From contig NC_086097.1 of assembly GCF_963921235.1 (NCBI RefSeq), positions 151,282,001-151,346,000 of the forward strand: a stretch of DNA of 64,000 nt, in the 5' to 3' direction. Numbering within the stretch: position 1 is the first letter of the stretch; the number at the start of each line of letters is the position of its first letter. Positions 12,090 through 25,335 of the stretch are shown piece by piece. Source of the stretch: Mobula hypostoma (taxonomy: Eukaryota). The notes under the pieces are model-generated. The model saw only the letters and a list, made by a program, of their open reading frames with translations. It had not been told where the DNA came from and ran no database searches. The translations under genes were made by a program, and so were the position numbers.

Positions 12090-15000
12090 TATAACTACCA
12101 CGTGGCCCTACCATCCATGTACCTATCCAAACTTCTCTTAAATGTTGAAATCGAGCTCGCATGCACCACTTCATTCCACACTCTCACAACCCTGAGTGAA
12201 GAAGTTTCTCCTCATGTTCCCCTTAAACTTTTCACCTTTCACCTTTAACCCATAACCTCTGTTTGTAGTCCCAACTAGCCTCAGTGGAAAAAGGCTGCTT
12301 GCATTTACCCTATATATAACCCTCATAATTTTGTATACCTCTATCAAATCTCCGCTCAATATTTTAAGTACTAAGGAATAACATCCAAACCTATTTAAGC
12401 TTTCCTTATAACTCAGGTCCTCCAGACCCAGCAACATCCTTTTAAATTTTCTCTGTACTTTTTCAATCTTATTTACTTCTTTCCTGTAGGTAGGTGATCA
12501 CAACAGCACACAATACTCCAAATTAAGCCTCACCAGTGTCTAATGCAACTTCAGCATAACATCCCATCTCCCGTACTCAATACATTGATTTATGAAGGCC
12601 AATATGCCAAAAGTCTTTTTTACAACCCTATCTACCTGTGACATGACTTTCAATGAATTATGGATTTGTATTCCCAGATCCCTTTGTTCTATCACACTCA
12701 GTGCTCTACCACTCACTGTGTAAGACCTACTTTGGCTGATCCTACCGAAGTACAACTCCTCGCACTTGTCTGCATTAAATTCCATCTGCTATTTTTCACC
12801 CATTTATCCAATTGATGGAAATCCCTATGCAAGCTATGATAGCCATCCTCACTGTCCACTATAACCCCAGTCGTAGTGTCATCTGCAACGTTGCTGATCC
12901 AGTTAACCATATTATCATCAAGGTCATTGACGTAGATGACAAACAACAATGGACCCAGCATCAGTCCCTGCAGCACACCACTAGTCACAGGCCTCCAGTC
13001 AGAAAGGCAACCGTCTTCTACCATTCTCTGGCTTCTCCCACAAAGCCAGTGTCTAATCCAATTTACCACCTCACTTTGAATACCAAGTGAATGTACCTTC
13101 TTTGCCAACATCCTATGTGGGACCTAGTGATATGCATTGCTAAAACCCATGTAGACAATGTCCACTGCCTTGCCTTCATCCACTTTCCTGGTAACTTCCT
13201 CAAGATACTCTATAAAATTGGCTAGACATGACCTACCACACACAAAGCCATGCTGACCATCTTTAATCATTCCCTGTTTATCCAAATGCTTACGCACCTG
13301 ATCCCTTAGAGTACCTTCCAATGACTTTCCCACAGCTGATGTTAGACTCACTGACCTATAATTTCCTGTCTTGTCTTGTCTTGTCCATACTGCACCGACT
13401 GCTGCCACTGGGCTATAAACGTGCAGTCCCTCATGCATGCAGTTGTAATTTAAATTGCCATATTTAAAAGCAGCAACTTGAAAGTTTTACTAACAGTGGC
13501 AGATTTAATGTGTGGTGGCAGGGAGTTCCAAACTGGAATGGTCCTAGGGTACAGTGAGTAGCGGTAGCTGTCCTTATTGGTCTGAATGGTCTTGTAGTTC
13601 AGGGATTGGTTTTGTCAGGCTGATGGTCTGTTATTCTGGTTGCATAAAAGGTGACTAATGTTGAATGGAGTTAATGAATGAGTTTCCTTGTAAATTGTAG
13701 TAAGCCTGGCTATTGTGCGACGTCTTTGGAGGGTATCCCATTTGAGGTCGAGAAGCATATCTGTAACACTACTGGTCTTTCTATCATCATTGGTTACAAA
13801 CCTGGCAGCTCTTCTCTGGACTTTCTCAAGGTTATTGATATGAATGAATTGGTAGGGATCCCAAATGACATTACAGTTTCAAGTTTTGGACGGACGAGAG
13901 TTTTATAAACAATTTCTTATGTGGTTTTTGAGCAATTCCAGAAGTTACACCGTAGAAGGCCAAGGGTTTTGTTGGAACTTGAAATGGTTTGGTTAGTGTG
14001 TTTTGTCCAGCTAAGGTTATGGGACAGTTCAATGCCCAAGTAGTACTGATGATGGTAAAAATTTTATGCCTGGTTTATGCTTAGAGCCTTTCTTAAACAA
14101 CGGAACACCACTGACTATCCTCCAATCCTCTGGTACCTCTCTGTTACTAAGAATGATTTAAATACCTCTGCTTTCTATACTTGCCTCCCGTAGGGTCCGA
14201 GAGAACACCTTGTCAGGCCCTGGGGATTTATCCACCATGTTTTGCCTCAGGACAGCAAAGACCTCCTCCTCTGTAATCTCTACAGCATCCATGAAGTTGA
14301 TGCTGGTTTGCTTTACTTCTATCAACTCCGTGTCTGTTTACTGAGTAAATACAGATACAAAAGATTTACTTAAGATCTCCCCCATCTTTTCTGACTCTGC
14401 ACATGGATTACCATTTTGATCTTCCAGAGAAACAATTTTGCCCTTTGCAATCCTTCTGCTCCTAACATATCCGGAGGATTCCGTAGAATTCTCCTTAATC
14501 TTGTTTGCTAGAGCAACTTCATGCCTTCTTTTAGTCTTTCTGATTTCTTTCTTAAGTGGTCTCTTGCATTTCTTATACACCATAAGCCCTTCATTTGTTC
14601 CTACCTGCCTGTATCTACTATGCACCTCCTTTTTTTTTAACCAGGCCCTCAATATCTCTTGAAAACCAAAGTTCCCTATATTTATTATCTTTATCTTTTA
14701 TTCTGGCAAGCACATACAAACTGTGTACTCTCAAAATCTTGCTTTTGAAGGCCTCCTATTTACCAAATACACCTTTGCCAGAAAGTAGCACTTGTCAGAT
14801 CATTTCTGATACCATCAAATTGACCTTCCTCCAATTAAGACTTTCACCTCCTGGACCAGACCTATCTCTTTGCATATTTACTTTGGAACTAATGGTATTG
14901 TGGTCACTAGATGCAAAGTGGTCCCCTACACAAACTTCTGTCACCTGCCCTGTTTCATTCCCTAATAGCAAATCAAGTATCACACACTCTCTCACTGGAA

Positions 15001-16670
15001 CGTCTACGTACTGATTAAGCAAACTTTCCTGAACACATTTGACAAACTCTATCCCATTTAGTCCTTTTACATGGAGTCCCAGTCAATATGTGGAAAGTTA
15101 AAATCACCTACTATCACAACCTTATGTTTCTTGCAACATTCTGCAATCTGCCTACAAATTTGTTCCCCTAAATCCCGTGGACTGTTGGGTGGTCTGTAAT
15201 ATAGCCCCATTAATATGGTCATACCATTCTTATTTCTCAGTTCCGTCCATAACACCTTCTAGACAAGTTCTCCAGTCTGTCCTGACTGAGCACTACTGTG
15301 ACATTTTCCCTGACCAGTAACGCACCCCTCCGATCTGTCACATCTAAAACAATGGAACCCTGGAATAGTGGCCTGCCAGTCCTGGCCCTCCTGCCACCAA
15401 GTCTCACTAATGGCACCAATGTCATAATTTCAGGTGTGATCTATGCCCTGAGCTCAACTACCTTTCCTACAATATTTCTTTCATTGAAATATATGCAGCT
15501 GAGTGCACTAGCCGCATCATGCCCAACCTTTTGATTCCTAACTTTGTCAACATCTGTCTCCACTAACTGTTCTGGAACTCTAGTTCCCATCCCCCTGTGC
15601 TTTAGCTTCAACTCCCTGTGCAACATTAGCAAACCTTCCCACTACGATATTAGTCTCCTTCCAGTTCAGGTGCAAACTGTCACTTCTGTAGAAGTTCCAT
15701 CTTCCCTGGAAAAGAGTCCAATGATTCAAAAATCTTATGCCCTCCCTCCGAAACAAACTCCTTTACCATGTGTTAAACTATATAATCCTCCTATTTCTGG
15801 CCTCATTAGCACATGGCATGGGTAGCAATCGAGATCATAACCCTGGAGGTCCTGCCCTTTAACTTAGCACCTACCTGCCTTTACTCCAAATGCAGAAGTT
15901 GGTCGGTCATCTTACCCATGTCATTGGTATCCACATGGATCATGAATCCTGGCCTTTCACCCTCCCACTTAAGAATGCTGGGGACTCAATTCGTGATGTC
16001 CCAGACCTTGGCAGCTGGGAGGCAACATACCATCCGGATATCTCGTTCTTGACCTCTCTATATATCCTATATACCTCTCTAGGTATCCTCTCTATCATGC
16101 TGTCAGTCTCCTGAATGATGCAGAGTTCATCCAGTTCCAGTCCTAACTCCTTCGCACAGTTTGTTAGAAGCTGAGGCTGCATGCACTTCTCTTAGGTGTA
16201 GTATTTAGGGACACTGGAGGTCTCTCTGCCTTCCCATATCCCACAGAAGGAGCATTCCACTATCCTGCCTTCATCTCTACTGTTCTAACAGAGCAAATGT
16301 AAAGAAGGGGGAAAAAAACTCTAATTAGAGCTTCTTGTTTTGTCTTCTCTGACTGATGCCTTGAAGAGCTAAAGCCTCAAAGTATTCACACTCCGACAAT
16401 GGCTGCTCATCTTTCCCCTGCCTTACCTTAATTTGTTCTCGCTAATCAATCCCAAAATCCGATTGGCCACTGCTCAAAGCTTCAAAAACTGTCTTTAATA
16501 CTTAATAAGTGAACCATCTTGTTAAGCTTCTGATCTCTCCAGTTGGTTGCTGCTCAAAGATCCAAAAAAGCTGCAGTGAGTCATTGCTTTTAATACGTGA
16601 TTAACGAACCTGAGTGAATTCCGTCCTCTCAAACATCTGATCTCTCCAACTGGCTGCTGCTCAAAGCTCC
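12090..16670 (-). mobile_element. Near full-length decayed CR1 LINE (5' UTR repeats, ORF1, ORF2)
   Basis: ORF1 zinc-finger/zipper remnant (ECSFCGIW..EKCMQ, 16260-15940), APE (YYRPPNS, GDFNFPHIDW, 15067-15255) and RT (NYRSVSLTS, VADDTT). Confidence 0.9.
13369..14068 (-). mobile_element. Divergent CR1/L2-group LINE 3' fragment nested in CR1
   Basis: Translates to YLGIELSHNLSWTKH, YKTLVRPKLE, LEKVQRRAARFVTND and YSLYPRTIPVWNSLP. It has a (GACAA)n tail and CCTG at both junctions (13365-13368, 14069-14072). Confidence 0.8.
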
Positions 16671-16699
16671 TTTATCTTTTGAGCAACCATGATCTTCCC

Positions 16700-18950
16700 T
16701 CAGCAAACATGAAAGTGAAATATTTGTTATAAATCCCATCCATCTTCTGAAGCTCTGAATATATGGCCCTACTGATCTCTAAGGGGACCTAGTCTCTCCC
16801 TAGCCACCTTTTATTCTTAATGTAGCTATATTGGGGATTTTCTTTAACCTTATCTGCCAGATCTATCTCATACCCTCCCTTGGCCCTTCTGATTTTTCTC
16901 TTAATTTTTTATTAATTAATTCTATTATTTCTCTTAATCTTCTTAATTAATTCTTATTTTTAATATATGTTCATCAAGGGATTCACTCATCCCTGACCTT
17001 CTGAAGCCAACGTATGCTTCCTTTTTTTGTGAGCGGATCCTCTATATCTCTCGTCAGCCAAGGTTCCACATTCTTGCCAAGTTTACTCTTCATCCAGACA
17101 GGAATATGCTGTTGCCAGGCTCACGAAATCACACTCTGAAAAACCTCCCACTTGCCATTCATTCCTTTGCCTTCAAGCAAGCAAACCCATCAACTTCTGT
17201 TAGATCCTGCCGAATTCCTCTCATATTAACCCTGCTCCAGTTTAGTACCCTAAATCAACAACATTCCTTTTCCATCATTATCTTGAAACTCAAGGAATTA
17301 TGGTCACTAGAGCCAAAGCATTCCTTGACTGCCACCTCAGTGCTCGCCTGCCTTGTTTTCTACGAGAAGGTCAGTATTGCACCCTCCTAAGGAGGGCACT
17401 CTATCGATTGATTCAGGAAACAGTCCAGAACACATTTCATTAATTACACCCCATTAAGTCCCTTAACACTCTAGAGAGTCTAATCAGTACTGGGGACATT
17501 AAAATCTTCCACTAATGCATCTTTATTATTCTTAAAACTATGTGCAGTGTTTCTACCTCAAGTTCCCACTGACTATCGGGGATCTATAACACAGTTCTAC
17601 TAGACGGATCTTCCCCTTCTTGTTTCTAAGTTCTAACCATACAGTCCCACTGGATGATCCCCCCAAGAAAGTCATCTTTAAGTACTGCTATATCAAAAAG
17701 GCAACATCCCCTCCTTGCTTATCTGTCTGATCTGGAATACTGAGCTGCCAGTCCTGTCCTTTTCTCAACTATGTTCCTGTTATTGCTATAACATCCCAGT
17801 CCTCAGAGCCAATCCACATTCTGAATTCATCTGCCTGATCCATTAAACCTCCTGCATTGAACTAAAAGCAGTTTAACTTACGAGTCTGTTCCCTGCCTTT
17901 ACAAGAGCAGAGGATGGGTGGTGTTCAGTGCCGTCTGCCTCCATTTTAGCTGATGTTGGAGGAAAGTGCAGGAGCCTTGGGTTCTATGCTGCAAGGATTG
18001 ATTGGTGAGGCTCTGGACTCGTTTTGGGGGACTTTGAGGTTCATATTGCTGGATTCTGGTTACTCTTTTTTTGCTGGTTTTAAGCGGTTTGATCGGGACT
18101 ATTGAAACGGACTGGTGTGCTTCAGTTAAGAATAGCTCCGCACGCAGCCTTCAGCGGGCTAGTGGTGTGCCACTGAACTGAACCAACTGAATACGACTGG
18201 GCTCCTGGTTTGAGGTTTGATGTGCTTTGTGTTGTTTGCTCGCTTTCTGCTGTTTGTGCAAATTTGTTCTTTTTTGGCATGTTGGGCAATTGATGTCCTC
18301 TTGAACCGGTCCCATGGTGTTTCCTTGCTTCGTACCTGCCTTCAGGAGGATGGATCTTGGAGTTGTATACTCGATACATACTTTGATAATAAATGTACTT
18401 TGAATCTTTGAAACGTGCAGTTTACCTCAACAAGCAGCACTGTCAGAGGATGTGCAGGAGGCCGCCCACAAGTGTTGCCAGGCACAGTGTGAAGCCAACA
18501 CAGTACGAGCAAATTTCCCTTCAAGGATGTTGGTCCCTTTCTGGTTCAAGTGCAACACATCAATATTGTACAGGTTTCCTCTATCCCAGAAGAGATCTGC
18601 TAACCTGAATCCCTGAACCCTGCACCAGCTCCTCTGCCATGAATTCATCTGCCCTGTTCTTCTATTTGTGACTTTGCATAGCACCGAAAATAATCCAGAG
18701 AATAATCACTATCCTTGAGGGCCTGCTTCTTAACTTCTAATCTAACTCCCTATACTTTTTCTGCAAAACCTCATCCCTTATTCAATCTACATCATTTGTA
18801 CCAAATGTACATCAACTCTGACTGTTGCGCTCTTGCTCGAGACTGTACTGCAGCTGCTCAGAAGTATCGCTGCCTCTGACACCCAGGAGGCAAGATGCCA
18901 ACAAGGCATTTCTTCTGAGGCCACAGCGTCACAGTCTAACTTATTCAAAA
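16700..18950 (-). mobile_element. Old CR1 remnant (ORF2 N-terminal half and ORF1 esterase region)
   Basis: ORF 18427-18684 contains FWDRGNLYNIDVLHLNQKGTNIL, an SGNH-esterase-like CR1 ORF1 segment. A decayed APE region lies at 17200-17880. Confidence 0.65.
17900..18412 (+). mobile_element. Rex1-type 3' UTR fragment nested in CR1
   Basis: Ends in TACATACTTTGATAATAAATGTACTTTGAATCTTTGA, like the other Rex1-type tails in the window. Confidence 0.55.
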
Positions 18951-20049
18951 AACTCAATTTCTTTACACTTCTAAATTTTAAGGTTTCTGCCAGGTTCAAT
19001 TTAACCAGATCTACTCTGTGGAAAGTTAATGAAACTATATTAAACACTGACTAGTTTTATTTTAAAATTATATGGCCACTTCCATGTTTCTTAATATACA
19101 TTTCTCATCAATAAAGGGTAAGAAATAAATAAGTTCTTACTGGAGTAAAAGCTGCCTTGTTAAGAATAATGCTTCACAGAATAGATACCAGTATGAGCTT
19201 TGGAAATTAGGCTATTTTACCCACCCAGACTGTGCAAGCAACTTTAATTTATAAGGACATAGGTACTAGAAAAATATAATAATGAACCTTAGGTTTTTGT
19301 GAGTAGTTGATTTCCTCATGTAAAATCATGAATAAAATACCAATTCAATTGACAAATTTAATCATCTTATGAATACACAATTGTACTTATTTTTAAAATT
19401 TCATTTAGGTTCTTATTTTTAATACTACATATTTTGGCAACAAAGAAATAGCTGAGAAATGTATTAAAGACTCTGTGTGTGAAAGCGCAATGACCAGAAT
19501 GGATAGAGACAAAACTCCAGAATAAATATAATATCCAATAGAAGATGAACGTCAATAAAATTATAAATTTCAGGAGTGAAATTGTACAGGTAGAAGTGAA
19601 AGCATACCACTTTAATTCTGTTGTTAAGGATAGTAACTTTGAGTTAATCTAGGCTTCTTTAAAAATAAACTAAAAAAACTCAGGTCCACTGTGTTCCCTT
19701 TTAAAATATAATAATAATGTAGTTACATTTTTGGATGATATTGTATGTTGCAGGCACTGTCTTTTACAATACTCTAGTGTGCAGGTGCTGTAGGCAATCT
19801 CTAAGATTTGGCTTTAATTGAGAATTGTTTCCTCAGTGCCTTCCAAGAAAATCATTTGTTGCCTCTCAATATTAGTGTGGAAACTCTCAGATCAGAGATA
19901 CTCTGGAATATTCATTGATGCTGAAGGAAGGTAGACTCAAAATAACTTCTATCTACTCCATTCAGTGTTCACAATATGGCTTCTTCGGGGATGGTGACTT
20001 TGCAGAGCGAAGTAACCAATATTCAATCCACAGGGATAACTCTAAGCAT

Positions 20050-20390
20050 TACGTTTCTTATGATTTTAATTCTTCATTCCATGAGGTAGAGATTAGGCTT
20101 ATGCTGGTTGGTTCAAGAAACAAATGAATGAAGGAAATTAGCTGTTCTTGAACCCTGTATGTGGGACTTTAGGCTTCTGTTCCTCATACCTAATGGTAGC
20201 TGTGAGAAGACAGTATGGCCTGGATAGTGGGGATCTTTGATAATAGATGTTGCCTTATTGAGGCAGTGCCTCCTATAGATACTACTGATGGTAGGGAGGG
20301 ATGTGCCCATGATGTGTCCACTACTCTCTGCATTTTCCTTCACTGCAGCAAATTTGAATTCCTATACAAGACCATAATGCAACCAGTGAG
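20050..20390 (-). mobile_element. Rex1/Babar LINE 3' fragment
   Basis: ORF 20113-20343 (CLNKATSIIKDPHYPGHTVFSQLPLG) matches the C-terminus of ORF 55821-56585. Confidence 0.75.
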
Positions 20391-22439
20391 ATTCACCCCT
20401 CCCTCACCGTCTCTACAACTTAAAACAAAATTATTTCCTTTCTTTCCCAATTCTAATGATGGGGGTTTATTATTAAACAGTAACCCTTGTTCTATGTCCA
20501 TATACACATTTGTCCAGTAGAGTGCTTTCAGCATTCCCACATTTTTTTTATAATTGGCATTTCATCTCAGAAGTGACATAAGACACAAAACAGAAAGTAA
20601 CTGGTCCATCATAACTGAGTTTGAAGGAACTACAAGCAAACTAACTGTCTTAAACATAATACTAAAATTGACATGTAAAATTACCTTTTCAATCATCAAA
20701 TTCACAAGCATTTTAATCAATCATGGAGTGTACTGTTTACTCCTTCATTAAAGGGTTGATTCCCCCCCAAAAAAACCAAACTGTACAATAATCTTATGTG
20801 ATGCAAACCCGTGAATAAAATTGACACAATTTGTTCATCTGTTCACACTTTGTCTTTATCTAGTCATTGCTTTCTCTGTCACAAAATCCACAAGAGCAAT
20901 TTTTTGTTCTGTATATCAAAGCCTTTTCGTGTGATAAGTGAATTTTGTAAAAGGTGAATTTCCATTACCTGAACTGCTGCAACAACAGGTACTCTGTACC
21001 ACAAAACATGCAGCAAAATCTTAGTCAATATTATTCAAAGCTAACAGGCTCTTTTTCGACTTACAAAGAAGTTCTCTGTACTCTGCTGAATCAGGGAACT
21101 TTATTAAATTGAATACAGTTCATTTTCAGTCAAGGGTGCAAACTCAAGAGGAGAGAGAGGAATAAACAGACATCTGAAAAATAAGTAAATCTTTGAAGGT
21201 GCCTCCCATAGTGAACCAGCAGCCTGTAATTTTAAACAGACAACGGTATCTGTTTGATTACTGTAGGAAGGTCACATGTAAACAGATCTTTTTAAGGCTA
21301 TTCCTTGTTTGAATTATCTAGCTGTTTCCCTACTCCATGGCTCCTGACAATGTTCCAAATAATACAGATACTGCAACTAATTAAAGCAGTTACATGACAG
21401 CAATTGCCCAAGGATGGATGAAAAGAGACGTCTAGATGATTTGTTACTGTTCACTATGCACTGTCCCTTTCTAAACTATAGTCATTGTTAGATATTATGG
21501 CCCAATCATGCTCTGACATTACTTACACATGGAAACAATGTCAAAATGAGCTGTTTGAAACAAATTACCATTGTGCAAATTTAAAAAGCCTCTGAGATGT
21601 TGTGAGGAAAGAAAGGGATGCCGTGGTCGGATTGGGGTTGAAGATTGGGGTTGGGGATTGGGGTAAGAGGTCCCCAAAATGACCAAGGACATTAATCAAG
21701 TGTTTTTTTTTTGATTTCACGGCTTATGGTGGGAATTATTTGATTTATGTGAACTGAATATGTTCAAGTACCTGCTGACAATATACTCCTGGGACTGTTA
21801 TCCCTTCTACTGGAAATCCAGGGAGAGAAAAACAAAGATAAATATATGTTCAGCCAGACAGCTTTTAAACACTAAAGGGGATCCTGCGACCTTGAGGTTA
21901 AAGTGAAGATGCAAAAGGTCAAATACTGCAGTCAGGGATTGTCTTTGATAAAGGTATTAGTATCAACAAGAAAGGCGGCCCACAAAAGGAACAGAAAATG
22001 TGTCTTAAAAATTTTAATTCCCTTGGTCTTGCTAAGAAAGTAAATGTAACTGATTAAAGCAAGTGTGCGTCATGGACAACCAGTGCTCTTGCCTGTAGAA
22101 TAAAGTAGTGTACAATGACTCATATTGAAGGTACTTTCCATCTGCTTACTGCAAGATTGTGGAATCATATTTGCAGGCGTAAAATAATGATTTCAAATTA
22201 TAAAGAGATTCCATTGTTGCACCCTCAGTTCTTTTTCAGTTGTAATTAGATATAAGGGAGTAAGAGCAAATGTCAGAAGGTAAAATCTGATTCCTGGCCA
22301 GTGCTGTCATTCTTACTAACTCAGATGAATCAGGAGCATAAACGATACAAAATGATGCAATCCCCCAAAATCATAAAGCATCGAAAATTTAAGGTCTTAC
22401 TTTGCATACTTATGTTCCTAACCTATCGTAAGTTCCTTA

Positions 22440-23020
22440 AGGTTGTTATAGTCAGGTTAGTAGTGGGGTTAAGCCCCCAATTCCTTTTAAGTGCTCTCAG
22501 TGGCCTGTGTTTCACATAGCCTCTGACAACCAAGTTCAGCTCCTGTCCTTCACATATAGTTTAGCTATTAAGCCCAGCTGTACTCTTTCTACTGACAGGA
22601 GAAGAGGCAAAAGCTGGTTACTGGCACGTTAAAACTAGTAGCTTTGGGCAGATGGTGCTCGTCAGACATGGCTGGTCACTCATCTAGAAGAAGAAAAAAC
22701 TTGATCTCAAACCTCTGCAGTTTTGCAACTGTACCCACTCATGGGGAAAGCTTTGTGAATAAACCCCAAGAAAAATTTCAGAGCTGGAGGCCCTAAGGCA
22801 GTTCTACGTTGAGTTCAATGCTGACTGGCAACTCTTGCGATGTCACTGGTCCTAAACTGTGTTGGTCTCTCCCTTGGATTCGTCAGCTGCATAGAGAGGA
22901 GGAGCCTGCTACTTGGGCAATAGTTTGCTCTCCATATCCTACTGCCCTGGTTTGTGTATCACATAGACAGCTGGCGCACTACATCCATGGTTAACCCTGA
23001 CCAAAGGAGAGCCTCAGCCT
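22440..23020 (+). mobile_element. Non-autonomous retroposon resembling an RTE-clade 5' UTR
   Basis: CTCATCTAGAAGAAGAAAAAACTTGATCTCAAACC and GAATAAACCCC..AGAGCTGGAGGCCCTAAGG motifs. The second motif is shared with 1590-2160. Confidence 0.55.
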
Positions 23021-25069
23021 AGCTAATTCTAACTTCTTTGCAGTCCTACACTCACTTAACTTAGAATTGTCTGATTATATAATCAAACAGCACAGGTAGT
23101 CACAGCATAATTAATGCACAAGAAGCTATCAGTTGGCTAATTGAGTCTGTATTAACAATCCCATTCTCTCACTCTGCCCTCATAACAGTCAGTTTATTTC
23201 ATCAAGTTGCTATCAAAATCTATTCGAGATCGTTCATTGTCTCTACTCCTTTCACCCTCATACGTGATGAATTCCAGGTCAAAACCACCCTTGTTTCTCA
23301 CATTTCTCTGTATCTCAAAAGCACAAACCAGCATCTCCTACTCCTCACACCAACAAACTGTGGGGAAAGTTCTGTTTGTCTCCTTGGCTAAATACATCAT
23401 GAACTTGCATGCTCTGATTTTAATCTGCACTTAACTTTCCTCGTTCCAAGGAGAACAATATCCTAGCCTTGTAGCTAAAACTTTTCATTCTTCGCAAATC
23501 TCCCCTGTACTCTTTCAAAGATTTTCATGGCTTCTTAAAATGTGAATAGAAGTGAATGCAGTGTGCTATATGTGGCCTAACTGAGACTAATCAATGTTTA
23601 GCGTCATTTCATCACTTATATGAACAGCATTTCTTCAATAAAGCCTGAGATCCAATACACTTTGCTAATATTTTCCCCTGCCTTCTTCAAAGATCTATAC
23701 ATACGTATCTCTAGTTCTCACTATTTCTGCACATTGGTTAGGTGCAAGCTAATGTCTTTATTTCTGCTTCCCAACCAAACTCTTAAAGTGCATTACCTAA
23801 AAGGTCACTGTATTAACTTCCATCTTCCACTTGCAGTTGATAATTGTCATGTCCACTGTTCACCACAACTCAAATTCAGCATCAACAACAAACTTTGGAA
23901 TTTTCAAATGTATTTCAATATCCAAACTTTATTATTCACATGTATTCTTTCTTTGCATTCCTTGTAACGTCTCCTTTTCTATTCCTATTTTTATGATATT
24001 ATTTCTTTCTCTATTGCTACTCAACATGCTCGCTCATTAATACGCCTTTCAGCTTATTTGACCCATAGCAATTCTTTGAAAGAGGAATAAAATTAGTCGC
24101 AATCACCTATAATTTCCTAATTCCCCTCCAAACATTAACTTAACTTGCAAACTATATATACTTTTCAAAGCTACTATTGAATCTTGTTGTTTCTATTATG
24201 TAAGTGGCACAATCCATTTCATAATAACTTGCTGAGCAAAAATCCCAGCTCTCCTTTGATTCTGGAGGCAGTAGCTTAAAAATCTGTGTCCATTCATTAT
24301 TAACTTTCATACCACTAATTTTAGTTCTAGCTCTAATTCTAACTCTACCGAAGACCATTATCATTTTGAAAATCTAAACAAAATTAACAACATCAGATAA
24401 CTAAAAGTAATTAAAAAAATAGAAGATGCAGGAAGTACCAAGATCCTTTTGTGCTGGTATTAGTGCAAGAATTAATGTTGGTTAAGAATGCAAGTGTTCT
24501 CTGTTATTTCAAATAACTCATCATGATAGGTAACTTCAATTGTAGCTCTATTTTTGTGTTCCCTTAAAAAACAGAGACGAGATTTCTCTCAACAATACAC
24601 TAAAATAACATTCAAGGTTGATGTTGATCAATGGATTTTAATGGTAGCCACTCAGCCAGATTCTATTGTTTTAGTCATAACCATATTTAAGGATCCACAT
24701 GGGTGAGGACTATATGCATTGTTTAAAAAAAAGCATCATCTCCATTATTTACTAAAATATCTATGTAAAATAGGCATTGATAGGCATTCATAAGAATGTA
24801 AATAGGACATCTTGTATGTCTGTGTAAATGATCATAGTCCAAAGAACACAGCAAATGTATATTAACATGCTTCTTCTTTGAATTTTAAAAAGATATTTTT
24901 CTATTCATTTAGTCATCATTTATGCTTATTTGGTATATCATGTATAAGCATCTTTAACAAGAGAAGGTTTTCAATTTTTAATGTAGTTCATACTTTGTCA
25001 TTAAAATCAATCCTTAGACATGGTTAGGAATACGCATGGAGAGACTGTAAATTAAATCTGCGTCCTTTC

Positions 25070-25335
25070 GGAGGTGTGGTAGAGTCGTGGCTAGCATAAT
25101 GCTGCAACAGCGCCAGCAACCGAGGTTCAATTCTGCAGCTGCCTGCAAGGAGTTTGTGCATTCTCCCTGTGACCATGTGGGTTTCCTCCGGGTGCTTCAG
25201 TTTCCTCCCACATTTCAAAGATGTACGGGTTAGTGGGTTCTCTGGTCACATGGGTGTAATTAGGCAGCACGAGCTCAGTTAGCAAGAAGGGCCTGTTACC
25301 TTGCTGCATCTCCAAAAAAAAAATCAAATAAATAA
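25070..25335 (+). mobile_element. V-SINE (HE1-like tRNA-derived SINE)
   Basis: B-box-like GGTTCAATTC, V-domain core GTTTGTGCATTCTCCCTGTG..GGGTTTCCTCCGGGTGCTTCAGTTTCCTCCCAC, and an A-rich tail. Confidence 0.85.

Noticed and set aside
25075..25150. tRNA gene
   Set aside because: Only a decayed tRNA-derived SINE head; there is no cloverleaf.
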